The notes under the pieces are model-generated. The model saw only the letters and a list, made by a program, of their open reading frames with translations, was not told where the DNA came from and ran no database searches. Shown here in pieces: positions 44,275-54,816 of a DNA stretch of 64,000 nt (positions are counted from its first letter, which is position 1; each line of letters begins with the position of its first letter). Source of the DNA: an uncultured Planctomycetaceae bacterium (GTDB taxonomy: Bacteria > Planctomycetota > Planctomycetia > Planctomycetales > Planctomycetaceae); contig CAWFAK010000008.1 in assembly GCA_963813715.1 (NCBI GenBank), forward strand, positions 224,001 to 288,000. The letters are read 5' to 3'. A program made the position numbers and the translations under genes.

Positions 44275-45270
44275 ATGTCTTTGTGGATTGGCCGACGACG
44301 CACGCGGGCGACCGCTCTCGCACTGCTGGGCCTGCTCTCTCTGGGAGCCGGCCTGGGCGACCGGGCACTCGCCCAAGACCAGAGTCGCGGCGTGAGCGAC
44401 ATGCTGGGCATTCCGCGGATCGTCCGCGATCCGGATACCAACGAAGTCGATCCGGCCATCGCGCCTTCGACCGATGCCCCTCGGCCACACGCCGACGAGG
44501 CGCCCAAAGCTCCCCACGGACGGGCCGCGCTTGAACAGCGAGTGAAGACCGTTCAGAAGGCGACATCGAGCCGGGCTTCGCGCAAGGCGGCCATCGAGGC
44601 GATGCCCTTGGACCGGATGTCCCAAGAGAACCGCCAACGCGTCCAGCAAATCGTCAACGGGACGAGCATCTACCGCGAGTTGCCGACGCTGCAATTCGAT
44701 ATCGATCCCCGGTGCTACAAGTTCTTCATGGATCACCCGGAGGCGGCCGTCAGCATCTGGCAGGTGATGAAGATCTCCGACTTCAAAATGCGGGAGACGG
44801 GGCCGGACTCCTACGAAACCGACGACGGCGAAGGGACCCGCGGCGTGATTGACGTCGCCTATCGCGGCGGCAGCGAGGTCGTCGTGCTCTGCGACGGGGC
44901 CTACAAAAGTGGCCTGTTGCCGTCGCCCATCAAGGCGTCGGGCGTGCTGCATGTGAATGTCGAGTTCGGCCAACGGCCGGACGGGACCAACTTCGTCACG
45001 CACCGGGCCCGGCTGTTCGTCTACTTTCCGTCGCAGACGGTCGAAACGGTGGCCCGGCTCATGTCGCCGCTGAGCAACGCCATCATCGACCAGAACTTCC
45101 GGGAGGTGAGCCTGTTCCTCTACATGATGTCGACCGCCATGGCCCGGCAGCCGGGCTGGGTGGAAACGGTCAGCAAACGGATGGAGAACGTGTCGGAGGA
45201 ACGGAAGACGCAGATCATGCTCGTCACGGTTGGCGTCTTTGCCGATGCCAGCACGCGAAACAAGCACTAG
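44275..45270 (+). CDS. Secreted hypothetical protein
   Basis: Signal peptide ending ALA-Q; long open frame with GC-rich third positions. Confidence 0.75.
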   Translation: MSLWIGRRRTRATALALLGLLSLGAGLGDRALAQDQSRGVSDMLGIPRIVRDPDTNEVDPAIAPSTDAPRPHADEAPKAPHGRAALEQRVKTVQKATSSRASRKAAIEAMPLDRMSQENRQRVQQIVNGTSIYRELPTLQFDIDPRCYKFFMDHPEAAVSIWQVMKISDFKMRETGPDSYETDDGEGTRGVIDVAYRGGSEVVVLCDGAYKSGLLPSPIKASGVLHVNVEFGQRPDGTNFVTHRARLFVYFPSQTVETVARLMSPLSNAIIDQNFREVSLFLYMMSTAMARQPGWVETVSKRMENVSEERKTQIMLVTVGVFADASTRNKH

Positions 45271-45301
45271 GGAGCGCCCAGTTCCCTAAACCGACTGTCC
45301 A

Positions 45302-45358
45302 AGGCCCAGAAGCCAAACGGCGGAAAATTCAGCCGCCGTTTGACTTTGGGCCTGTTTT
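45302..45358 (+). terminator. Long hairpin, probable intrinsic terminator
   Basis: AGGCCCA..CAAACGGCGG / CCGCCGTTTG..TGGGCCT followed by GTTTT, about 30 bp after the stop at 45270. Confidence 0.55.
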
Positions 45359-45496
45359 GAGTTTCGGCTTTGTGCGTTTTACCGGGGAGCCGTCGCGTCT
45401 CGGGCGGCGATGGGGAGCCGGAAGGCGTGGCTTGTCGTCCGTCCGCGCGCTATCATTGACGTTGTCCAATCCCGCGCGGGACGGAGCTCTTCGATT

Positions 45497-47836
45497 ATGG
45501 GGCAGATCGGTAAGTGGGTGGCGGCCGGCGCCGGAGTCTGCGCGCTCGCCGTGTTTGGCCTGCGCACTCCGCTCCCAGCAGGCGAAATCACGCTGAAGAA
45601 CGGCCTGGTCCTCAGCGGCACGCCGCGGCGGATACAAGCCCTGATCTACGAGCATCAGCACCCCCGCGAAGGTGAAACGCTCAATCTGCCGTTCCTGATG
45701 ATCGAGAACGGCTACCAGCGAATTTTCATTCCGCGTGGTCAATCCGCGCGGATCGACGATCGCGACGATCTCTCGAAGTACGAGACGTTCAAGCTCATGC
45801 AGCACCGCACGGGCGGTCGGCAGATCACGGGGCGCGTGCTCTCAACCGGGCCATTCAATGAGTTTGGCCAGCGCACGCACTCGGTGCAGACGCCCCAACG
45901 GAAAGAGGACATCGTCGTCGGCGCAACGAAGATTGGGCCCAAGTACGTGGCCGTGACGGGCCTGCGCTATCAATGGAATTATGGCGTCACCACGCCATCG
46001 ATCCCGCCCGATCAGCTCGACAAGATGATTCGCAAGGTCAGCGACCTCAAAAACCCCGATCATCGCTTCGGCATCGCCCGTTTCTATCTGCAGGCAGGTC
46101 TGTATGAGGAATCGGGCAAGGAATTGGATTCGATCGCCAAGGATTTCCCGGAGCTGGCCGGCCGCGTCGCCGACGCCCGCAAAGAACTGCAAGACCTCGA
46201 ACACAAGTTGATCCTGCAGGAGCTGCGGCGTCGCAAGGCGGCCGGGCAGCATGAGCTCGCGCACAGCTACGCCCTGGGAGTGCCCCTCGATAAGGCGAGC
46301 GGCTCGGTGGTTCACGACGTGAAGGACCTGTTGAGCGCCTACGACTCGGGACGCGAGCGAATCGCCAAGGCCCGCGTCTACTTGAGCGAGCTGCAGGCCC
46401 AGTTGAAAGACCCGGCACTGGTCTCCGCCGTCATGCCGCTCCGGCCGATGCTCGAAGAGCAACTCACCCTGGAGTCGATCGATCGGCTCGATGCGTTCTT
46501 CAATCTGGTCGAGGACAAGACGCTGCAACCGGCCGAAAAGCTGGCGCTGGCCTACTCGGGCACCGTCGTGGGGAGCGCGGCGGCCGTCACCGATCTGCGT
46601 CTGGCCATCCGCCTGTGGGAAGCCGATCACGCCGTCATGGAGTATCTCCGCACCGATTCGCCGCAGGACCACCGGGACCAGATCACGCAGCTGAAAGCGA
46701 CCGATGGGCTCACGCCCGAGCTGGTGTTGAAGCTGCTCCAGAATCTGCCGCCGATCGTGGAAACGCCCGATATTCGTCCGGCGGTGGCCACATCGCTGCA
46801 AGTGAGCGGCCGGGGGGTCGAGCCGAACCCCACGTACGGAGTGCTGCTGCCGCCCGAGTACGACTGGCATCACAAGTACCCGATGATCGTGTCACTGCAC
46901 CCTGCGGAACACAACGGCAAGGCCGAACTCGATTTTTGGGGCGGCTCGGCCGCCAAGCCGGGCCGCGCGATGGCGTCGGGCTACATCGTGATTACGCCCG
47001 AATACGTCGAACCGGAGACCCACGAATACGGCTATTCAATGACGTCGCACGATGTCGTGGTGCGCTCAATCATCGATGCCCGCAAACGCTTCAACGTCGA
47101 CTCCGATCGCATCTTTCTCACCGGGCACGGCATGGGAGGCGACGCCGCGTTCGACATCGGCATGTCGCACCCCGATCTGTTTGCCGGCGTGATTCCGATC
47201 AACGGCATTTGCAACCACTTCTGTACCTGGTACTGGCAAAACGCCGGCCACACGGCATGGTACGTGGTGACGGGCGAGTTCGACGCCCGCAATACGTTCA
47301 ATGTCGACGCGAAAATTCTGTCGCGGATGATGAGCGGCACCACCGGTTACTCCAACGGCATGGATGTTGTCCTGGTCGAGTTCGTGCAGCGCGGCTACGA
47401 GTCGTATTTCGAGGAGACGCCGCGGATCTTCGACTGGATGGAAGGACAGCGCCGCCAGAAGGTCCCGCACGACTTTGTGATGCACGTGCTCCGCCCGAGC
47501 GAAAACCACCTCTATTGGCTGTCAGCGGCGGGACTGCCCAAATCGGTCACCGAATCGAACGTTCTCGCCGGTCCCTCGCACGGCAGCATTTCGCCGATGC
47601 ACCTGGAAGGGAAGATTTCGCCGGGCGGCACCATTCGCGTGAAGTCGACGGCCAAAAGTCACACAGTCTGGCTCTCACCCGAACTCATCAGTTTCGAGAA
47701 GCCAATCAAGGTGATGGTGCGGGACATGCAGAAGCACATCAAGCAGCCCAAGTCGTCGATCGAAGACATCCTGGACGACTTCTCCAGCCGCGCCGACCGG
47801 CAGTTGATCTATACGGCCCGCATCGACCTGAACTGA
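45497..47836 (+). CDS. Secreted protein with C-terminal alpha/beta-hydrolase (esterase/peptidase-like) domain
   Basis: Signal peptide; LPPEYD...YPMIVSLH, VDSDRIFLTGHGMGGD (Gly where the nucleophilic Ser is usual), HPDLFAG. Confidence 0.8.
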   Translation: MGQIGKWVAAGAGVCALAVFGLRTPLPAGEITLKNGLVLSGTPRRIQALIYEHQHPREGETLNLPFLMIENGYQRIFIPRGQSARIDDRDDLSKYETFKLMQHRTGGRQITGRVLSTGPFNEFGQRTHSVQTPQRKEDIVVGATKIGPKYVAVTGLRYQWNYGVTTPSIPPDQLDKMIRKVSDLKNPDHRFGIARFYLQAGLYEESGKELDSIAKDFPELAGRVADARKELQDLEHKLILQELRRRKAAGQHELAHSYALGVPLDKASGSVVHDVKDLLSAYDSGRERIAKARVYLSELQAQLKDPALVSAVMPLRPMLEEQLTLESIDRLDAFFNLVEDKTLQPAEKLALAYSGTVVGSAAAVTDLRLAIRLWEADHAVMEYLRTDSPQDHRDQITQLKATDGLTPELVLKLLQNLPPIVETPDIRPAVATSLQVSGRGVEPNPTYGVLLPPEYDWHHKYPMIVSLHPAEHNGKAELDFWGGSAAKPGRAMASGYIVITPEYVEPETHEYGYSMTSHDVVVRSIIDARKRFNVDSDRIFLTGHGMGGDAAFDIGMSHPDLFAGVIPINGICNHFCTWYWQNAGHTAWYVVTGEFDARNTFNVDAKILSRMMSGTTGYSNGMDVVLVEFVQRGYESYFEETPRIFDWMEGQRRQKVPHDFVMHVLRPSENHLYWLSAAGLPKSVTESNVLAGPSHGSISPMHLEGKISPGGTIRVKSTAKSHTVWLSPELISFEKPIKVMVRDMQKHIKQPKSSIEDILDDFSSRADRQLIYTARIDLN

Positions 47837-47871
47837 GCCGCCATCGACCTGAAGCTGCCGAGCGACGCCCG

Positions 47872-49483
47872 TCAGGCCACGCTCGTGTAAGACCGCCGGA
47901 AGTACCAGGTCACCGTCTCACCTAAGAGGCGGGTCTCGGCTTCAGTGGCGAGCTCGGCAAATTCGCGGTCGGAGGCAGCCTGCTCGAGCAGCCGGCAGTG
48001 CTTGACCAGGTAATCGAGCAATTCGCGATAGGTGCTGGCGCGCGCCTCCAGATCGAGGGAAGCAGCCAGCGACAAGGCGGCGACCGCCACCACAGGTAGC
48101 AGAATCGCCGCCGACCCGAGCCAGTGCATCAACTCCTCGCGGTTGAGCTCGCCCAGGTTCGCGGTGGACCAGTCGTGCAACAAGAGCTTAAACGCAGTCG
48201 CCGCGAAGGCGAGGATCGAGCCCGCCAGGAAGAGGACGTTGGCCGCCCGCCGCCAGAACTGAGCGGAGCTGAGCTTGCCGCGGTAATACGGGATCTGTCC
48301 CTGTGCCTCGTCGGTGAGCCTTTCCCGAATGTATTGGTCACGGCGAGCGGAGAGCGTGTCGGCCGTTAGACGATGCGACTCTCGCAGGTGCAGCACCGAC
48401 AGAGTCCGCAACAGCGGCCGCAGCCCGTCGGGCATCGGCAAAGTGAAGAGATGGCCGGAGTGAGTCTTGACGGCGGCGAGCGGCAACGCGGACCGCGCAG
48501 ACTTCGGCGACCAATCGCGTCATCCCCCACACCGCCGACGCGTGTTTTCCATGCAGCGCCTGGTGTGTTGCCAGGCCGATCGCCAACAACAACAGCTCGG
48601 CTCCGAGCAACCAGGCCACCGGCGCCGTCTCCTTCCAGAGCGCGAGCACAGCACACAATGTCGCCAGGAAGTGAGTAACCACGATGGTGAGTGCGGCATA
48701 GCGAAAGATCGCTTGGGTGCCGCGGGCCTGATGCTCGGCGAACCCTTGGAGGGCCGCGCAGTAAGGCCCGAGCGCAACGGTCGCCGGGAAATCGCTCTTC
48801 AAATCGTGCAGCTCGTGCGGTAATGCAGGGAGCTTGAACGACTCTCGCTGGTGCCAGGTTTCGGCAAACTGCGGCTGCCCGTCGACACCGACGCTGACGC
48901 GGATTTCGAGCGCAGGGCGACCCCGCTTAGCCGCCTGTTTGACGAGATCGAGGCTCCCTCCCGGCTTCGGTTCCGCATCGGCCCGAATCAGGCACAGGAC
49001 CACATTCGCCAGTCGAGCCAGCTCGCGATTGACTTCCTCGAATCGCGCTTGGCGATCGTCGGCCGTGGCAATGGCCCGCTCCTGGATGATGTGCGAACTC
49101 TCCAACAGCTCCCGCGCGACACGCTCTTCGTCGGGACTGAAATCGGGCTGGCCGCTTTTGCTCGCCGCCTTGAGGAAGTCTTCTCGCTGCTGCGGCAGAT
49201 AAATTCGCTGCGGAATCGCCAGGTCGCGGCAAGCGCGGGTGAAGACCGTATCGCCGCCGATCGCGATCTGAGAGATGCCGCACCAGAAGTGCCGTTCGCT
49301 CAGTCCCAATTCCGCGCGCAGCTTGACGATCCGTTCACGGAGCCAACGTTCGACGCGATCCTCGAACTCGCCCCGATCGACGCGCGGATGTTTGGTCGCG
49401 TCGAGCAACATCCGCGAGCCGGCGAAACTCAAATGCACCACAAGCGGCAAGCCGGGCAATTGGGATGGGGCTGTCGAGTGCAT
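47872..49483 (-). CDS. SLOG-like domain fused to two SLATT-like 2TM effector domains, frameshift near 48490
   Basis: FAGSR, SQIAIGGDT, YLP....F, F..VN, GGS.D.V..A...G.P (SLOG-like); two TM hairpins; RL....Q..YY..K and LL.E...W (SLATT-like). Confidence 0.72.
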
Positions 49484-49818
49484 GTGTGACGCTGAATAAA
49501 TGGTCGATCCGGGAGGTGGGATAGATCGAGCGTAGCTAGGGCGACTCGGCGCAACGCGCGGCACTCGCAACCGGAGGTAGATTGACGGCGCGACCAGAGC
49601 GCAGATCGCTAGTCCTAGAGATGAAAATGACGGGTCGACTGGTCATCCCGGGCCCGAGTGCTGAGACGTGCGTCCCTCTAGACGCGTCAGCGGGAACACG
49701 GACGCGCTCTCAGGCGCGTCAGCGGACTCACAGACACGCTTGACGAAACAGCATCTTAGCACGGGCCCGATCCCAGCGAACCATGCTGCGACGAGATCCT
49801 GCGTTCGAGGCGGCAGTC

Positions 49819-51372
49819 TTACACTCCCAGTAGCGTGTTCAGCCAGCCGAAGTTCGTGGTGACGATCGGATCGGTCGGGCTGACGTTGAGATTCACGGTC
49901 TGGATCGAGTTCAGAATCGGGCTGCCGGGCGGGAAGCTGTTGGGGAATGTGCTTTGGCTTTCCAATAGCGTGTTGCTACCCGCGCCGCCGTTGATCGTGA
50001 CCTGCTCCATGAATAGATCCTGCGCCACCCACATCACGTCCGAGCCGCGGCCTGCACTGATCGTCACGGTGCTCAGGAAGGTGGCCCCGTTGATCATTGC
50101 GATGTGGTCGTTCCCGCCACCCGCCGTGATGGTGAAGGTGCCGTTGAAGAAACCGTCGTTGCCCAGCACGGCAATGTCGTCGTTGCCACGGCCCGTCTTC
50201 AGCGTGGTGTTGCCGGTGACCACGATGCCGTCGAGGAACAGCGTGTCGTTGCCGTCGCCCGAATTCACTTTGAGATTGCCGCCGAGATTCACCGGTCCGA
50301 AGACCAGGTTGAGCGGTGCGGACGTATCGCCGGAGGGAACCGGAGCGGCGCCGAGCAGGATCAAATCGTTGCCATTGCCGGTTTGAATGTTGGTTTTGCC
50401 CGTCACCGTCACGTCGGCCACGGCCACGGTCTCGCCGGTTTTCGGGGCGGCGCCATTGCCCGGACTGCAATTGTTGCCGCCACCGCCGTCGCCACACCAA
50501 CCGCCGAAGAAGGCCAGGTCGTTCCACAAGTTGTTGGCAAAGCCGCCGCAGGCGAACGATCCCAAGCCGGGAATCGAGAACAGCGATCCGCCGTTTCCGC
50601 AGAACGGTCCGTTCTGCGACAAGCTGTTGAAGCTGTTAAACGAGTTGAAACCCAAAAACGGCAGGAACGACAGCAGCCCGCTCCCCGGAGTGATGTCGAG
50701 ATCGCCGCCGATATTCACATGCGACGTCTGATCGACGCCGATGATTCCCAAACCCGCGTCGAAGCCGACCTGAATGTCGTCGTTGGCTCCGTTGCTGAGA
50801 ATGTCGAGATTGCCCGTGATATTGGCGTCGAAGACGGCAATCGTATTCGTGTTGCCGGTGCCGCCGACGATGGCCACGTTGCCGCCGACGCTGACCGGAG
50901 TCTCCCCGGTCGTGCCGCCAACGGTGAATTCATCGCTCCCCAGGAAGCCGATGAGAGTGACGTTTCCGCCAATGCTCGCATTCTCGACGGCCACCGTATC
51001 GTTGCCGCCCAGCGTGATCACGGCCAGATTCTTGGGAATGTTCGTGACGGTACCCGAGCCGCCGATATCGACGACGTCGCCGGTCTGCAGCATGAAGACG
51101 TCGACATCGCCGGTGACGGCCGAGGTCGTGAACGGCGTCGAGGTGCCGTTGATGGTCGTCGTGCCGTCGAGGCTCGAGACCTGCAGGGCGCCGGTCGGAG
51201 TCGATTGAATCAGGATCTGACTGTTTTTGGCCAGACCGATTACGGCCAGATTGCCACTATTGGTGACGGTGGCCGTAACGTTGCCCGAGAGGAGCGTACG
51301 TTCTTCCAGCCGCTCGAGTGCCCAGCGCGGGCCAAGGAGAGTCCGACGCGATGTCCGTTTGCCGCGGTTCAT
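49819..51372 (-). CDS. Planctomycete extracellular protein (Planc_extracel N-terminal motif) with Gly/Asp/Asn-rich repeats
   Basis: ALERLEERTLLSGNV; repeated TGNGNDLI, GDGNDTL, GRGNDDI, GGGNDHI units. Confidence 0.85.
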   Translation of the reverse strand: MNRGKRTSRRTLLGPRWALERLEERTLLSGNVTATVTNSGNLAVIGLAKNSQILIQSTPTGALQVSSLDGTTTINGTSTPFTTSAVTGDVDVFMLQTGDVVDIGGSGTVTNIPKNLAVITLGGNDTVAVENASIGGNVTLIGFLGSDEFTVGGTTGETPVSVGGNVAIVGGTGNTNTIAVFDANITGNLDILSNGANDDIQVGFDAGLGIIGVDQTSHVNIGGDLDITPGSGLLSFLPFLGFNSFNSFNSLSQNGPFCGNGGSLFSIPGLGSFACGGFANNLWNDLAFFGGWCGDGGGGNNCSPGNGAAPKTGETVAVADVTVTGKTNIQTGNGNDLILLGAAPVPSGDTSAPLNLVFGPVNLGGNLKVNSGDGNDTLFLDGIVVTGNTTLKTGRGNDDIAVLGNDGFFNGTFTITAGGGNDHIAMINGATFLSTVTISAGRGSDVMWVAQDLFMEQVTINGGAGSNTLLESQSTFPNSFPPGSPILNSIQTVNLNVSPTDPIVTTNFGWLNTLLGV

Positions 51373-51618
51373 GGCAGCTTCCTTCTCTGAGTGCTAAGCC
51401 GTTGTTCATCCCTGGTTCTTCCGTGATGGCTTGGCCCGCGGAGCCGATGGGAATTTCAGGGCGTCCGCAGTGCACGGTTCGCGGCAAGCGCGTCCGGCAA
51501 CCATGATTGCTGTTAAAGAGTACCGACCTGAAGATATTTGTCAATCACTGCCGTAAACCGGGTAAACAAGGCGTGTTGCGAAGACCTTTCGGGACGGCGA
51601 AGTTGTAGCGGCCAGGGC

Positions 51619-52791
51619 TCACCCAGTCTTCCCGGCCAGTCGACGCAGAGCATTCATCTTCTCGTTCTGGCCAACCCGGGCCTTGCGAACGGCGTCCGTC
51701 AACAGGGCGATGTTGCGGTCGTACGTGTCGCGGTCGACGGGAAACGGGGTTCCGTCCTTGCCGCCGTGAGCGTAGGCATAGTCCGCCCCAGTGCCGCTCC
51801 TTTGCCGTCTGTTCCGCAGGTGGCCGGAACCTGTCCGCGGGATCACGATGGCAGGCGGGGGCATCGAAAATCAGCTCGGCCAAGAGCGACAGGCTCATCA
51901 CCGTCGCCGGACCGACCCCCTGCGTCCCCAAGAGCTGCTCGAACGAATTGGGCTGAGTCTCGTGGGCCGTGATCAGAATGCGGCGGAGGTGCCGACGATT
52001 GACGTCCTTGGGAAGAAGGCGGTGATTTTTCGGCGCAAACAGGGTCGGCCCCTCTGTGTAGCGCTCGATCTGCTCGCAGACCCAGTCGGGATTTTCCCGC
52101 ACGATCGTCGCGCTCGCGGACCGATTCTCTCCCGCGTCGCAAGCCACCATGTTGAGCAGGGTCAATTGCTGCGGCGGCAGAGTCGCCGGGCCCATCCGAC
52201 TATCAGGCGACAGGTCGCTGATTCCCCCGTGAGGCTCACAGACAAAATCGTCGACCCGCTCGCCCAGCCAGTGGTAGCGGCGGGCCTGCTTTTGTTCGCC
52301 GTTGAGCCCCTGCTGCACGACGCACCACTGCCCATCGCGAGTGAAAAGGAACACGTGGTGATAAAGCTGAAAGCCGTCCTGGACGGCGCCGAGTCGACTT
52401 TCGCGCTCATCCGCGACGCGTAGACCAGACGGTCGCCACCGTCGATGCCGAATCGATCCGAGGCCGCGGCAATCTCGTCCGGCGTGCGGCGGCTCGTGCC
52501 TCCCTTTCCACCGGCGACGCAGATCCCCAGATCCGGGCCGAACAGCTTGAACGCCTCTTTGAGCGCGCCGCACGTGACGGTCGTCACGCCGGAGCTGTGC
52601 CAGTCGAAGCCGAGCACGCAGCCGAAGGCCTGAAACCACCAGGGGTCCGACAGCCGCCGCAGCATCTCGGCGGGGCCGAACTCGTCGACGATGGCCATCG
52701 TCACCGCGCCGGCCAACCGCGTCATCCGCCGAAAAAGCCACGGCGGAGCCTTGCCGCCATGCAACGGCAGATTCGCGAGCCGGCGCTTCAT
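51619..52791 (-). CDS. DUF763 family protein, frameshifted
   Basis: [57 protein letters not shown]. Confidence 0.9.
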
Positions 52792-52856
52792 GGTCGGAGT
52801 ATAGGAGCGTTTTGGACTGGCGGACAAGATGGCAAAACGGTCTACTCTGTGACCCG

Positions 52857-54512
52857 ATGACCTGGGTCCACAATTACGATCCGCTGGGCAACATCTTTCT
52901 CTCCGCGCTCGTGGCGGCCGTGCCGGTCATCGTGCTCTTGGGGCTGCTCGGCTTCTTTCACGCGCGGGCCTACGTCGCCGCTTTGTGCGGCCTGGCTTCG
53001 GCGATGGCCTTGGCGATCACTGTTTTCGGCATGCCGGCGAAATTGGCCGTTGCGGCGGCCGGGTATGGCGTCGCCTTCGGGCTGTTGCCGATCGGCTGGA
53101 TCGTGCTCAACGCGATTTTCATCTTCGACATCACGGTGCACACGGCCCGCTTCGAGATCGTCAAACAGCAAATCGCCGCCCTCTCCACCGATCGCCGCAT
53201 CCAGGCCCTATTGATCGCCTTTTGCTTCGGAGCGTTTATCGAAGGGGCGGCCGGCTTCGGCACGCCGGTCGCCATTTCGGCCGCGCTCTTGGTCGCGCTC
53301 GGTTTCAAGCCGTTGCACGCGGCCGGACTGTCGCTCCTGGGGAATACGGCGCCGGTGGCGTATGGCGGACTCGGTGCTCCGCTCATTGCCCTGTCGCGAG
53401 TCACTGGGCTCGACCTCCATACGCTGAGCGCGATGGTCGGCCGCCAGCTTCCCTTCTTTTCGTTGATTGTTCCCTTCTGGCTCGTAATCGTGCTGGCGGG
53501 CTGGCGGAGAACACTCGAGGTTTGGCCCGCTTGCCTGGTTGCCGGCGGCAGCTTCGCCGTCGGCCAATTCTTGATGAGCAACTATCACGGTCCGTGGCTC
53601 GTCGACATCGTGGCCGCCATCGTTTCGATACTCGCTTTAGTGACGCTGCTGCGGTTCTGGCAGCCACGAACCTCGTGGCAATTCCCGGACGAGCAGCCGG
53701 TCGTCGTTTCGCATCCCTCGCGTCGCGAATCGCTCGTCGCCTGGATGCCGTGGGTGTTGTTGTGCGTCTTCGTCTTTCTCTGGGGTCTGCCGGTCGTGAA
53801 GAAGGGGCTCGACCGGATCGGTACGCGGCCGATTCCGGTCCCCTATCTCGACGAACGCGTTGTCCGCGTGCCTCCCGTTGTGCCGGTTCCAAAGGCGGAA
53901 GAAGCCGTCTTTCAGCTCACGGCGCTGTCGGCGACGGGGACCGCCCTGCTCTTTGCGGGGATCGTCGGCGGACTGTGCCTCGGGGTCTCTCCCGTCAACC
54001 TCGTGCGGATTTACGGAAGAACGCTACACCGCGTGCGCACGTCCCTCTTGACCATCGCGGCCATGCTGGCCCTCGGAATGACGTCGCGCTACGGCGGCAT
54101 GGACACCACGATGGGACTTGCGTTCGCGCACAGCGGCGTTTTGTTTCCCTTCTTTTCGCCGCTCCTGGGCTGGCTCGGCGTGGCGCTCACGGGAAGCGAC
54201 ACCTCGTCCAACGTTCTGTTCGGCAACCTGCAGACCGTGGCCGCCGGCCGCATCGGCGTCTCGCCGATATTGACGGCGGCCGCCAACAGCTCGGGTGGCG
54301 TGATGGGCAAGATGATCGACGCCCAGAGCATCGTGGTCGCCAGCGTGGCCACGAGCACGACCGAATCGGACGGCGGCCCACAATCGCGCCTCGACGCGGT
54401 CAGCCCGGCCGACGTCCTGCGATATGTCTTCCTCCACAGCCTGGGCCTGGCCATCCTCGTCGGCCTGCTTGTGCTACTCCAGGCCTATGTCTTCCCGGGC
54501 ATGGTGCCATAA
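52857..54512 (+). CDS. L-lactate/glycolate permease (LctP family)
   Basis: [59 protein letters not shown]. Confidence 0.95.
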   Translation: MTWVHNYDPLGNIFLSALVAAVPVIVLLGLLGFFHARAYVAALCGLASAMALAITVFGMPAKLAVAAAGYGVAFGLLPIGWIVLNAIFIFDITVHTARFEIVKQQIAALSTDRRIQALLIAFCFGAFIEGAAGFGTPVAISAALLVALGFKPLHAAGLSLLGNTAPVAYGGLGAPLIALSRVTGLDLHTLSAMVGRQLPFFSLIVPFWLVIVLAGWRRTLEVWPACLVAGGSFAVGQFLMSNYHGPWLVDIVAAIVSILALVTLLRFWQPRTSWQFPDEQPVVVSHPSRRESLVAWMPWVLLCVFVFLWGLPVVKKGLDRIGTRPIPVPYLDERVVRVPPVVPVPKAEEAVFQLTALSATGTALLFAGIVGGLCLGVSPVNLVRIYGRTLHRVRTSLLTIAAMLALGMTSRYGGMDTTMGLAFAHSGVLFPFFSPLLGWLGVALTGSDTSSNVLFGNLQTVAAGRIGVSPILTAAANSSGGVMGKMIDAQSIVVASVATSTTESDGGPQSRLDAVSPADVLRYVFLHSLGLAILVGLLVLLQAYVFPGMVP

Positions 54513-54816
54513 CCCCGGTCATTTTGTAGGGCACTCAGTCTGTCCGGCACTCTACGCGTACCGTCCCGGCTTGTGTCCGAACAGTCGGCCGCACAACTTG
54601 ACCGACAAGGCTGAGTCTCGCTCATGAATTACTTCAGCTTGAGTTGGGAGTAACCGAGCGTCCGGTGTAGAGCGCCAAGGTTGAAGGCGACTAGGCGACT
54701 TGAACAGCCGTCGATTGGCCCGGGGGGCCGCCATTGCCTAGAATGGCAACGTTGTCGCATTTGGGCACCCCGCGCCGCTAGTGCGGGCCACGAAACTGGC
54801 TGGGCTCAATCGGACT

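Noticed and set aside
49660..49740. Glycine riboswitch suggested by CTCTCAGG
   Set aside because: The GGAGA and CCGAAG elements and a suitable downstream gene are missing.
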